A stretch of DNA of 64,000 bases, taken from assembly GCA_041658665.1 (NCBI GenBank), contig JBAZZR010000002.1:243437-307436 (forward strand), written 5' to 3'. The stretch is from Patescibacteria group bacterium (GTDB lineage Bacteria; Patescibacteriota; Patescibacteriia; Patescibacteriales; UBA12465). The notes below the pieces were generated by a model. The model was not told the DNA's origin. It did no database searches and saw only the letters and a program-made list of their open reading frames with translations. Both the position numbers and the translations under genes were made by a program. Of this stretch, positions 18,707-27,673 are shown in pieces (positions within the stretch are counted from its first letter, which is position 1; each line of letters begins with the position of its first letter).

Positions 18707-19984
18707 TTATAATTGACCTAACAATTTTTCAATCTTATAAGTACCTTGAGACTCCGCATTCAAAAATCCATCAACCGCGGCGTGAGCCAAGCGACCACTC
18801 TCTAATAAATCAGGCAACCACTCATTAATATATTCCGGGGCCGGGACGTCTAAGCCAGCGCCAATAGACAGTAACCAATCCTTATTAAACTCTTCTTGAG
18901 AACCAACGGGTGGCGAAATAATAATCGGCAAACCCAAAGCGCAATAAAAAGAAAGCTCCGAGGGTTTAGTCCATAAAATATCCGTGCGTCGTAAACAAGT
19001 ATTAAATTTTTTAAAATAATCTAGTTTATCAGGCGCAAAAATAATATCCAACCCTAACCCTATTTTTAAGCCAACCGCTTGGGCTTCCGATTCAAAATAA
19101 TTTTTAATCTCTAAACGATTACCAGCGACTAAATTCAAATGGATTTTTTTATTTTTAATCTGACTGGCTAACTGATTTAAAATTACCGAACCAATCTCTT
19201 TTTGGGCCCCCGCACCACCAACGGCGTAAGTAATAGCTAAAATCTTCGTATTATCACTAACTAATCCAGAGGCCAAATCTTTTAATAAGGGGGCATAATG
19301 TTCCTGATAACTGCCCCCTCTATCTAAAATAGCCACTCGGCGTGCTAAATCAACTTTTAATAATTCCTGGAGAGAGCCAATATTTTCTTTAGGCAAGGGG
19401 AAACCGGATATTATAATATTATTCTCACGAACTCCGTACATCAACAGGCGATCCTTAACTTTTTCACTAGGCACTAAAAATTTAGTTCGGCTACTTTGAG
19501 GATGTAGCGGCGCCCAGGCTCTCGAAGCATCGGTATCGCAAACCACACAATAAATATCGCCCGCATAATTATAGTATTCCGCCACATAAGCGGCCACGAA
19601 AAAAGTAGTAACTAAGGGTAAGCCACTCGGCTGTAAACGTTCTATTAAATCCCGTCCCAAACCCTTTTTTATTGCTCTAAAAAAATATCTCTGCTGAATA
19701 GTTATTTTAGACAAATCTCGAAAAGGATATAAAGGCGGAATTTTTTGAAAAAAATCCATCACCGAAAAAATAAGCGAGCCTAAAATCGGCACTTTTTTAA
19801 AACGCGATAATCGCTCATAAGAACCTAAAGTTTTTAACCAATATCTTTTTTCCCAATCCGGTATACCTAAATAATTATTAATAGTAATAATTTCGCCGCC
19901 GGCCAAATCTAAAAGAGGATAAGCGGCTCGCTGATGACCATAACCCATATCCGCCGCTACTAAATTTATTTTTTTGGGTGTCAT
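18707..19984 (-). CDS. GT28/MGDG-synthase (UgtP-like) family glycosyltransferase
   Basis: N-terminal LVAADMGYGHQRAAYPL resembles the MGDG-synthase/UgtP N-terminal glycine motif. GT-B two-domain size. Confidence 0.45.
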   Translation of the reverse strand: MTPKKINLVAADMGYGHQRAAYPLLDLAGGEIITINNYLGIPDWEKRYWLKTLGSYERLSRFKKVPILGSLIFSVMDFFQKIPPLYPFRDLSKITIQQRYFFRAIKKGLGRDLIERLQPSGLPLVTTFFVAAYVAEYYNYAGDIYCVVCDTDASRAWAPLHPQSSRTKFLVPSEKVKDRLLMYGVRENNIIISGFPLPKENIGSLQELLKVDLARRVAILDRGGSYQEHYAPLLKDLASGLVSDNTKILAITYAVGGAGAQKEIGSVILNQLASQIKNKKIHLNLVAGNRLEIKNYFESEAQAVGLKIGLGLDIIFAPDKLDYFKKFNTCLRRTDILWTKPSELSFYCALGLPIIISPPVGSQEEFNKDWLLSIGAGLDVPAPEYINEWLPDLLESGRLAHAAVDGFLNAESQGTYKIEKLLGQL

Positions 19985-20067
19985 AATAAAAATAAGCTTA
20001 ACAAAAACAATCTTAACAGAAAGCCTTTACTTTATTATAACAAATTATAGAGATTCTTGGCTATCAG

Positions 20068-20982
20068 TTAAAATTTATTTAACTGTAAATATTGATAAGC
20101 ACTCAAGGCGGCCGTAGTCGCTTGCCCCATAGCAATAGTAAGCTGTTTAAACTCACAGTCCGTAACATCTCCAGCGGCAAATAAACCCGGGGTTTTAGTT
20201 TCTCCTTTACTATTAGCGAGAATTTGATTTTTTTGATCTCTATCAGCTAAATCCGCGATTAAATCTGTGCTAGCAATACGCCCTACTTCGATAAAAACAC
20301 CATCAAGTGATATTTCAGTTACAGTATTAGTCAAGCTATTTAAAACTTTAATCTTTTCGACCTTATCCTTACCCTCGATACTCTTAATTGTTGTATTCAA
20401 TAATATACTAATATTGGATTTAGACTTAACCTCTTCTAAAAGGGCCTCAAAAGCCTTTAACTTATCATTATAATGAATGAGATAAACTTGGCTGCCTATT
20501 TTAGACATAACTTCGGCCGCATCTAAAGCGGAATTTCCGCCACCGATAACCGCTACTATTTTATTCTTAAAAAATGGTCCATCACAATTAGCACAATACG
20601 ATACTCCTCGGCCGTTAAATTCCACCTCTCCGGGAACAGCCAAACGACGCGGCGAAAGACCTATAGCTACTATCACTGCTTTAGCCTCAAAAGATTCGCG
20701 ACCAGTATAAAGTAAAAATGTTCCGCGAACTGTCTTTTCAATCCTTTTAACCTCATCATCTTTAAACTCAACACCACAACCTAAAGTCTGCTGTTTAATC
20801 TTGTCAATCAATTCAAAGGCATTAATTTTATTAAAACCCGGATAATTCTCAATTTCACTAGCCCAAACTAACTGTCCTCCGACTTCCCTGCCGATAATTA
20901 AAGTTTTCATCTCACGACGAGCAGCATAAATACCCGCTGTCATTCCGGCCGGACCGGAACCAATAATTATTAGATCATACAT
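20068..20982 (-). CDS. trxB: Thioredoxin-disulfide reductase
   Basis: FAD motif IIGSGPAGMTAGIYAARR, redox-active CANCDG, and NADPH motif VIGGGNSALDAAE. Confidence 0.85.
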   Translation of the reverse strand: MYDLIIIGSGPAGMTAGIYAARREMKTLIIGREVGGQLVWASEIENYPGFNKINAFELIDKIKQQTLGCGVEFKDDEVKRIEKTVRGTFLLYTGRESFEAKAVIVAIGLSPRRLAVPGEVEFNGRGVSYCANCDGPFFKNKIVAVIGGGNSALDAAEVMSKIGSQVYLIHYNDKLKAFEALLEEVKSKSNISILLNTTIKSIEGKDKVEKIKVLNSLTNTVTEISLDGVFIEVGRIASTDLIADLADRDQKNQILANSKGETKTPGLFAAGDVTDCEFKQLTIAMGQATTAALSAYQYLQLNKF

Positions 20983-21275
20983 AAAGTTAACTGATTTTTA
21001 TTATAGATTAAATTATTAAGCTTTATATAAAATAAACACATAAGATTATCAAACTAATTCAATTATAAATATATTTTGATTTTAAAGCAAACTAAAAAAT
21101 AACTTCAATTACTTAATAAAAAATGAAATAATATTAGCAATAATATATCTATACTAACACTTTTTCCACAATAATTATATATAAATAATATAACTAATAT
21201 TAGCTAAATTATATCAAAAAGTCTAAGTTTTAGTAGACTTAAAGTATCGCTATGTTAATATAAAATTATCAATTC

Positions 21276-21620
21276 ATGGCATTGACAAAATATAATAATA
21301 AATTAATAATATTAGTATCAACTTACCAGAAGGATTGTAGAATGAAAAAACAAAGTATTTTAACAATAACCATAACCTTTATCACTACAAAATTTTGGAT
21401 CTGGTTTATACCGCCAATAATTTTTAAAGTGATATCGGGCGATTTCTATAGTAGCGCAAAAATAATTGCTCCGCTCTTGATAGTCTTGCAACTAGCAAAT
21501 AAATATAACCTACCTTATTATTTATTATTGCTTATAACGACAGTACTACTTATTTACGCTATATATAAAACATCGGAAAGGCTATTTAACCGTACAAAAA
21601 AAGAGTTAGATCTTTTTTAA
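21276..21620 (+). CDS. Small hypothetical membrane protein in an AT-rich island (real start may be the internal Met at codon 23)
   Basis: Two hydrophobic helices. The ORF ends 3 nt before a clean intrinsic terminator (21624-21649), which supports transcription. Confidence 0.3.
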   Translation: MALTKYNNKLIILVSTYQKDCRMKKQSILTITITFITTKFWIWFIPPIIFKVISGDFYSSAKIIAPLLIVLQLANKYNLPYYLLLLITTVLLIYAIYKTSERLFNRTKKELDLF

Positions 21621-21650
21621 AAGCCAGTTAGTTAAAAACTGGTTTTTTTA
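21621..21650 (+). terminator. Intrinsic terminator (CCAGUU/AACUGG plus U7)
   Basis: aagccagttagttaaaaactggttttttt seen directly. Confidence 0.55.
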
Positions 21651-21737
21651 TTTTTTAATCTGAATAACTTATATACAACTATAGTTAAATATGTATAACT
21701 TTTATTTTTAAAAATAGCAACGTGACATTGCATTCTT

Positions 21738-21770
21738 TTTAAAAAAATCTCGCTTGTACGAGATTTTTTA
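21738..21770. terminator. Bidirectional hairpin terminator (AAAUCUCG/CGAGAUUU) downstream of tRNA-Ala on the minus strand
   Basis: aaaaaaatctcgcttgtacgagatttttta seen directly. Confidence 0.5.
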
Positions 21771-21775
21771 TTTAG

Positions 21776-21849
21776 TGGACCATAAGGGACTTGAACCCTT
21801 GACCTCTTCCATGCCATGGAAGCGCTCTAGCCAACTGAGCTAATGGCCC
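21776..21849 (-). tRNA. tRNA-Ala (anticodon GGC)
   Basis: Reverse complement gggccattagctcagttggctagagcgcttccatggcatggaag...atggtcca, with the G3:U70 identity pair and anticodon loop auGGCau. Confidence 0.8.
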
Positions 21850-21858
21850 TTTATAAAA

Positions 21859-21913
21859 ATGTTCTTTGAGGAACATTCTATCAATAAATATAAAATTGTT
21901 CTATGAAGAACAT
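21859..21913. promoter_or_regulatory. Two related palindromes, TGTTC-N6-GAACA (21859-21876) and TGTTCT-N4-AGAACA (21896-21913), in the spacer between two minus-strand tRNA genes
   Basis: atgttctttgaggaacat and ttgttctatgaagaacat seen directly. Candidate operator pair or RNA hairpins. Confidence 0.3.
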
Positions 21914-22076
21914 TAGACTAATAAATACTATCAGTATAAAGAAACGTCAAAAATACAATAATATAAGCTATAAACTATAATAATATATATAAAATAAAAG
22001 TCAAGTAACAAAACACCATTTTTTTATATATACGTCAAATAATTGACAAAATAAATATAAAATTGCAATAAAAATG

Positions 22077-22148
22077 TGTCCCCGCCAGGAATCGAACCTG
22101 GATTTAGAACTTAGGAGATTCTCGTTCTATCCATTGAACTACGAGGAC
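22077..22148 (-). tRNA. tRNA-Arg (anticodon CCU)
   Basis: Reverse complement gtcctcgtagttcaatggatagaacgagaatCTCCTAAgttct...ttcgattcctggcggggaca, anticodon loop cuCCUaa. Confidence 0.75.
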
Positions 22149-22330
22149 ATAGCACAAACAGATCGCCTAGATTAATAAGTCTAAAAACAGATCAAGCGGC
22201 TAGACATATATTATAACAATATAATTTTTTTTACAATCTAATAATAAAAATCTTTGACAAAGGGTGAGGATTAGACTAAAATAAAAACAGATTTCTCTTA
22301 TTTTGTTTATTTTTACTTAAAATTAACTAT

Positions 22331-22735
22331 ATGTTTAGTAAAGACAGCCGGTTAGAAAAAATAAAAGATGCCGAAACTATAATCGGCGCTTCTATTAAGG
22401 TAAAGGGGAATTTCCAGGGGCAGGGGAATATTATTATCGAAGGAGCGCTCGAGGGATCGCTCAAAACGGACGCTAGTATTTTTATAGGCGATAAAGCTAA
22501 AATAGTTGCTAGTATTGAAGCCAAAGATGTTATAGTAAACGGGGAAGTCCGTGGAAATATTAAAGGCAAAAATTATTTAGCAATTGGTGGCACTGCAAAA
22601 ATATTTGGTGATTTGCAATATGGAGAAATATCGGTAGAAAAAGGCGCTACCATCAACGGCCAACTATTAATGCTCTCCGAAGAACATAAACAAAATATAA
22701 AAAATAAACCGGAAGACAGTCCTAGCGAAAAATAA
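22331..22735 (+). CDS. Bactofilin (polymer-forming cytoskeletal protein, DUF583/CcmA family)
   Basis: Repetitive beta-helix pattern (IKVKGNFQGQGNIIIEGALEGSLKTDASIFIGDKAKIVASIEAKDVIVNGEVRGNIKG...) typical of bactofilins. Confidence 0.7.
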   Translation: MFSKDSRLEKIKDAETIIGASIKVKGNFQGQGNIIIEGALEGSLKTDASIFIGDKAKIVASIEAKDVIVNGEVRGNIKGKNYLAIGGTAKIFGDLQYGEISVEKGATINGQLLMLSEEHKQNIKNKPEDSPSEK

Positions 22736-22753
22736 AGACTAGTTAATTATACT

Positions 22754-23494
22754 ATGCACGTCTATATTTACGACGATTTCTTAGATAAAGGAAAATACAA
22801 TAAGATCATTAACCGAATTGAAATACGCCTTACTGACCTTGGCCTTAATGGCAAAATCATCCGACTCAGCGGCATAAAAAATATTAAAGGAGCTGTACAA
22901 AACGAAGTAAAACTAGGCGCTAAAACAATTATTGCTGTCGGAGACAATCAAACAATTAATAAAATTATTGGCGCCATTATCGACACGGATATATACGGCG
23001 ACTTTCAAAAAAAGACTTTACTAGGAATAATACCAGTCGGTGATGATAATTCTATCGCCGCCTCTTTCGGTGTCAAAAATGAAATGGACGCTTGTAATAT
23101 CCTTCTAGCCAGACGCATTGAACAAATCGATTTAGGCTTAGCCGGTAAATATTATTTTTTAAATCAAGCCAGTATCCAAAGCCTTAATACCGTGTTAAAA
23201 ATTAAAGATTATTCTTTAGAAGTTCAAGAAAAGGGCGAAATTAAAATTATCAATCTACTGAGCGGCCCCGCCCTAAATCTACTAAAATCTAACCCTCACG
23301 ACGGTCTACTGGATATTTATATTAAAACCAGAAAAAGAGACGAAAGTGTTTTAAAAATAGATAAGATAAAAATTTCTAACCCGGAGAATAAACTATTAAT
23401 TGACGGGGTTATGGAAATAGATACTCCCGTAGAATTAAGTGTTTTAAAAAATCAAGTTAACGTAATCGTCGGACGTGATCGCGCTTTTGAATAA
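22754..23494 (+). CDS. DAGK_cat-family (YegS/BmrU-like) lipid kinase homolog with degenerate nucleotide-binding glycine motif
   Basis: IIAVGDNQTINKI in place of the GGDGT motif, and GIIPVGDDNS in place of GxxPxGTGN. The fold is assigned by motif spacing. Possibly non-catalytic. Confidence 0.4.
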   Translation: MHVYIYDDFLDKGKYNKIINRIEIRLTDLGLNGKIIRLSGIKNIKGAVQNEVKLGAKTIIAVGDNQTINKIIGAIIDTDIYGDFQKKTLLGIIPVGDDNSIAASFGVKNEMDACNILLARRIEQIDLGLAGKYYFLNQASIQSLNTVLKIKDYSLEVQEKGEIKIINLLSGPALNLLKSNPHDGLLDIYIKTRKRDESVLKIDKIKISNPENKLLIDGVMEIDTPVELSVLKNQVNVIVGRDRAFE

Positions 23495-23497
23495 AAA

Positions 23498-23621
23498 AAG
23501 ACCAACTTAAACGGGTAGGCAAGAAAATTTCTTCTAGGCACTTTCGAGCCGTAAAGCCGGAAAAATCCTAGCAAGAAAATCCCCATGCTTGTCGTGCCTG
23601 ACCCGTTTAAACTGGTCTTTT
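23498..23621. repeat. 124-bp element bounded by about 24-bp imperfect inverted repeats (aagaccaacttaaacgggtaggca / tgcctgacccgtttaaactggtctt)
   Basis: Seen directly: 22 of 24 positions complementary, enclosing 73 nt, followed by UUUU. Lies immediately 3' of the CDS at 22754-23494. MITE-like, or a long structured terminator/ncRNA. Confidence 0.5.
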
Positions 23622-23699
23622 AATATCCTGTAGAGAACTATTCAATATATCATAAGTATATATACTTGTCAATAGAGTTATCCACAATTTCTCAACAAA

Positions 23700-23732
23700 C
23701 AAAAAAGACTGTTCAAAACAGTCTTTTTTTAT
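23700..23732. terminator. Bidirectional intrinsic terminator (AGACUGUU/AACAGUCU) downstream of rnj
   Basis: aaaaagactgttcaaaacagtcttttttt seen directly. Confidence 0.6.
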
Positions 23733-23746
23733 AAAACCCTAAAAAT

Positions 23747-25597
23747 TTACACTCTAATGACAACCGGCAAAACCATAGGGCGACGTTTCGTCGAATTAAA
23801 TAAAAACTGACCAATATCATTTCTTATTTTATTCTTTATATAATCATCGTCAGCGGGAGTCATAGGATTCTTGTCTTTAACGATTGTCTTAACTCTCGTC
23901 CGCGTTTTCTCAATTAAATCTCGATTCTCTTTCATGTGAACAAAGCCTCGAGAAATCAAATCCGGATTACCAATAATGGCCCCCGTCTTGGCATCGATAG
24001 TCGCAATTACCACAATCATTCCATCGTCAGCCATCATCCTTCTATCTCTCAAAACAATTTCCGAAACATCACCGATACCAAGTCCATCAACCATCACGTA
24101 GTCAGTGTTAGCTTTCTCCTTTAAAACTGCAGGTTGGCGGCCTTTTTGAAATTTTATAATATTACCGTTATCCAGCACAAAAATTTGATCTGCTCGGAAA
24201 CCTTCACGCAGTGCTAATTTTTTAGCTTCCACCAACATATAATGATTGGCGTATACCGGTAAAAAATAATCTGGTTTAATTTGCTTTAAGATGGTTTTAA
24301 TATCATCCACGTTGGCATGGCCGCCGGAATGGACATCCATAATACTGCTATGAATAACGTGGTCGCTTAAACGATAAATCTGATCTTTAACTTTCTGGAC
24401 AGAACGTTCATTGCCTGGAATAACGGAAGAGGAAAAAATAACCACATCCGATTTTTTAATATTAATGTAGCGATGATTACCATTAACAATTCGTGAAAAC
24501 ACCGCGTTGGATTCCCCCTGAGCGCCGGTGCAAATAACCACAATTTTGTTTTCGGGATATTTACTAATCTCTTCAACCGGAATCAGGGTATGTTTATGAG
24601 CTGGGATATAACCTAATTCCTGAGCAATCTTCACATTCATCTTCATGCCATAACCATCCAAAATTACTTTTTTACCAATTTTTTCAGAATATTCTAACAA
24701 ACTAGTAACCCGTTCTAATTGAGAAGCAAAAGTGCCAATAATTACGCGTCCTGGAGCTTCACTAATTAATTTTTCCAGATTACCTTGGCTAGTTTTAATG
24801 GGGACTCTTTCTTTAGAGTAGGCCACGCCCAGGCTTTCTAGCATTAAAATCCGGGGTGAGGGAAGTTTGGCCAATTCTTCATAGCCGACAACTCCGCCCT
24901 CCATCGGATCGCCTTCAATCATCCAGTCACCGGGATGAATGATGGTGCCGTGTGGAGTTTGAATAATTACTCCAACCGCGTCAATAATAGAGTGTTCAAC
25001 TTTAAAGAAACTAATTTGAAATTTTCCTAAACTAATTTTCTGATCAATGGAGTTAATAACAATTGTTTTTAAATTCTTGGTTGTGCCGCGTTTATAGTCT
25101 TCTTGTCGATGTTTAATCATCGCTAAGGTTAACTGGCGACCAATAATCGGCGGATTGCCTAATTGTTCTAATAAAATTGGCGCAGCCCCGATATGGTCAA
25201 GATGGCCATGGCTAAAAATAACACCCCGAATATTTTTTTCTTTACCTCGTAAAGAAGCCACGTTGGGTATAATATAATCAATCCCGGGCATGTCTTCATC
25301 GGCAAACTGCAAACCCATATCGAGAATAATAATATCATTATCATACTCAAAGACCGTACAATTACGTCCAACTTCTTCCTGCCCACCCAGCGGACAAATC
25401 TTTAAACTGGAACCGCCCGAAAAGACCGAGGGATTAGGAGAAAAATTAGGATGATACGGTTTCGCTGAAGAGGCTGGCCGAGATTTTATAATAGTTCGTG
25501 ATTCTGACCCTCGCCCCGGCTCATTACGCCGCGGTGGACGATTAGAAAAATTTTTTCGAGGCAAAGCCGTCGAAACATTCTGTTGTTTTACTAACAT
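23747..25597 (-). CDS. rnj: Ribonuclease J (metallo-beta-lactamase/beta-CASP) with an N-terminal Arg/Pro/Ser-rich extension of about 105 aa
   Basis: HGHLDHIGAAP zinc-binding motif plus beta-CASP and C-terminal domain. The first ~105 residues are low-complexity (RKNFSNRPPRRNEPGRGSESR...). Confidence 0.85.
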   Translation of the reverse strand: MLVKQQNVSTALPRKNFSNRPPRRNEPGRGSESRTIIKSRPASSAKPYHPNFSPNPSVFSGGSSLKICPLGGQEEVGRNCTVFEYDNDIIILDMGLQFADEDMPGIDYIIPNVASLRGKEKNIRGVIFSHGHLDHIGAAPILLEQLGNPPIIGRQLTLAMIKHRQEDYKRGTTKNLKTIVINSIDQKISLGKFQISFFKVEHSIIDAVGVIIQTPHGTIIHPGDWMIEGDPMEGGVVGYEELAKLPSPRILMLESLGVAYSKERVPIKTSQGNLEKLISEAPGRVIIGTFASQLERVTSLLEYSEKIGKKVILDGYGMKMNVKIAQELGYIPAHKHTLIPVEEISKYPENKIVVICTGAQGESNAVFSRIVNGNHRYINIKKSDVVIFSSSVIPGNERSVQKVKDQIYRLSDHVIHSSIMDVHSGGHANVDDIKTILKQIKPDYFLPVYANHYMLVEAKKLALREGFRADQIFVLDNGNIIKFQKGRQPAVLKEKANTDYVMVDGLGIGDVSEIVLRDRRMMADDGMIVVIATIDAKTGAIIGNPDLISRGFVHMKENRDLIEKTRTRVKTIVKDKNPMTPADDDYIKNKIRNDIGQFLFNSTKRRPMVLPVVIRV

Positions 25598-25662
25598 TTT
25601 TTTAATTATTAAATTTTTTGAGTTATATAAATCTAGCGTTAAGAAACTCTAAAATAAAGCTC

Positions 25663-27441
25663 TTACCAGATTATTTTTTTCTTAGTTTTTAGATACCAAT
25701 CACTTACTCCGCTAAAACGATCCGCCGGATTGACGATCATTGTTCCGGAAAATCCTTGGAGTTTAGAGCTTTGGATATATGGATAAGCCGGTGAATATAA
25801 AAATATCACTGGCAAATCATTGGTAATTATTTCTTGAAATTTTTTATAACGACTAATTCTAGAATCTAAATCAGTAAGTGCCCTCGCCTCTGATAATAAC
25901 TTATCAACAGCCGGATTATTATAATTAGCTAAATTTAAACCACGGGAACCAATCTGACTGGAATGCCAAAAAGCATAGACATCAGGATCGCCTCCGACAA
26001 ATTCCCCATATAATAAAATTTCAAAATTACGATCTTTAATTATATTAGCCGCTTCTTCAGCTGAAATTACTTGCAGACTTATTTTAACGCCAATTTTTTC
26101 CCAGAAATCCTTGATCTCTTCGGCCACTAACATATTACTCCCCGTGTCAACGACAGTTAAAATAGCGGCTAATGGTTTCTTAGAAATAATGGCAGCCGCT
26201 TCAAGCGCGGAATAGCCGTAAACTGTCAAAGCGTCGTTATAAGCAAAATTTTGTTTTAAGATCGGGCCATCGGCTACTTGGTATGTATTATTAAAAACGT
26301 CATTAATAATCTGATCTTTATTAATCGCTTTCGCTAAAGCCACTCGGATCTCTTTGTCGGCCAAGGCCTTATTCTTAGTATTATTAAAAAATAAAGAAAC
26401 AATTCGCGGTTGAATTAGTTCATGAAAAAATAAGGAGTCTTTAGCTAATAAATCTTTACGAAAATCAAAAGGTAAATAGTTCAAACCCATTATTTTATTA
26501 TCGTTTAAAGCTTTAATGGCCTCAGGATAATCAGTAAAAAATTTAAAATTAATGCCGCTAATATAAGGAACTCGCCCGTAATAATCTTTACTCGCCTCCA
26601 AATAATATTCCTTCAAATCACCGCTGGTATTTTTAACTAATGATTTAAACTTAAAAGGTCCAGAACCGACTGGTTTTAAATTTAAATCCGATAAAACGGC
26701 GGCACCCGGACTAGTATTTTCCCATAAACTCTTAGGCATGATACCAAAAGTCAAAAGTTCTAAAAACGGAGCATAGGGCTCAGACAAACTAAATTTAATA
26801 GTACTATCATCTACTTTTATCGCCTCGACCTTAGTCAGCGCTAAACGTAGCGGGGAACGGAAATCAGGGTTCTTAATCAAGTCAAAAGTAAATAAGACGT
26901 CCTCAATGGTTAGTTTAGAACCATTATGCCATTTCACATTTTTTTTAATTTTAACTGAATAGTCTAAATTATTGGCGCTAATACTAACGCTACCCGCTAA
27001 ATCATTAACCAAGCGACCAAGATTATCATACTGAAATAAACTAGAGTATACCAAACGACTGATATCGCTATCAACATCACGATTGACGGCATATAACGGA
27101 TTAATATTTTTAGGATAAGCAACCACCCCTTCGCTATATACTCCGCCCGGCAGTGGCGAATATTGAATATGCTTACTAATAAGAACAAAAACTAAATAGG
27201 CGGCATTAATTATTACTACCAATAAACAAATTTTCACAATTAAAAATTCTCGAGGATTTAAAAATTTATTGAGGTGTTTTATCTGGCGCGGGCTGGGAAT
27301 TTTACGTGAAGAAAGATCGTAAATCAACCTTTTATCTAAATCCTCCTGATCAACCGCCGGCTTTTTACGAAAACGTAAAAAAGACCAAGTATTCCTCAGC
27401 TGCTTCCATAAAGAAGTAGTTTTAATTGAGATTAGGCCCAC
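25663..27441 (-). CDS. ABC transporter substrate-binding protein, family 5 (OppA/DppA-like), anchored by an N-terminal TM helix
   Basis: SBP_bac_5-like length and motifs. The N-terminal ~60-aa cytoplasmic segment plus a TM helix replaces a lipoprotein anchor. Confidence 0.65.
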   Translation of the reverse strand: MGLISIKTTSLWKQLRNTWSFLRFRKKPAVDQEDLDKRLIYDLSSRKIPSPRQIKHLNKFLNPREFLIVKICLLVVIINAAYLVFVLISKHIQYSPLPGGVYSEGVVAYPKNINPLYAVNRDVDSDISRLVYSSLFQYDNLGRLVNDLAGSVSISANNLDYSVKIKKNVKWHNGSKLTIEDVLFTFDLIKNPDFRSPLRLALTKVEAIKVDDSTIKFSLSEPYAPFLELLTFGIMPKSLWENTSPGAAVLSDLNLKPVGSGPFKFKSLVKNTSGDLKEYYLEASKDYYGRVPYISGINFKFFTDYPEAIKALNDNKIMGLNYLPFDFRKDLLAKDSLFFHELIQPRIVSLFFNNTKNKALADKEIRVALAKAINKDQIINDVFNNTYQVADGPILKQNFAYNDALTVYGYSALEAAAIISKKPLAAILTVVDTGSNMLVAEEIKDFWEKIGVKISLQVISAEEAANIIKDRNFEILLYGEFVGGDPDVYAFWHSSQIGSRGLNLANYNNPAVDKLLSEARALTDLDSRISRYKKFQEIITNDLPVIFLYSPAYPYIQSSKLQGFSGTMIVNPADRFSGVSDWYLKTKKKIIW

Positions 27442-27447
27442 AAAATT

Positions 27448-27669
27448 TTAAAATTTTATGAAGAAAACGCCTAAAGATAAGAGTAAAAAAATAAGCGCTA
27501 AAATAATAGTGGCAATAAAAAGCTTTTTTTCCAAACCGCGTTTAGTTAAATATACTCCGCCGGAACCACCAAAAACATTACCAAGACCGGTACCGCGATT
27601 CTGCATTAAAATAGCCAGCATTAATAAGATAGCAACCACGGCTTGAGTAATTTTAACCCAAAAAATCAT
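27448..27669 (-). CDS. secG: Preprotein translocase subunit SecG
   Basis: 73 aa with two TM helices and the SecG-like pattern LLMLAILMQNRGTGLGNVFGGSGG...TKRG. Confidence 0.5.
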   Translation of the reverse strand: MIFWVKITQAVVAILLMLAILMQNRGTGLGNVFGGSGGVYLTKRGLEKKLFIATIILALIFLLLSLGVFFIKF

Positions 27670-27673
27670 AAGA

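Noticed and set aside
21632-21817. 61-aa minus-strand ORF overlapping tRNA-Ala(GGC) and the terminator hairpins
   Set aside because: It overlaps a tRNA gene and two intrinsic terminators, so it is not coding.
21859-21913. LexA/Cheo-box SOS operators
   Set aside because: The half-site order is GTTC…GAAC, not GAAC-N4-GTTC, so it does not fit the Gram-positive LexA box.
22327-22569. 80-aa minus-strand ORF antisense to the bactofilin gene
   Set aside because: The bactofilin repeat signature on the plus strand is clear, so the antisense ORF is an artefact.
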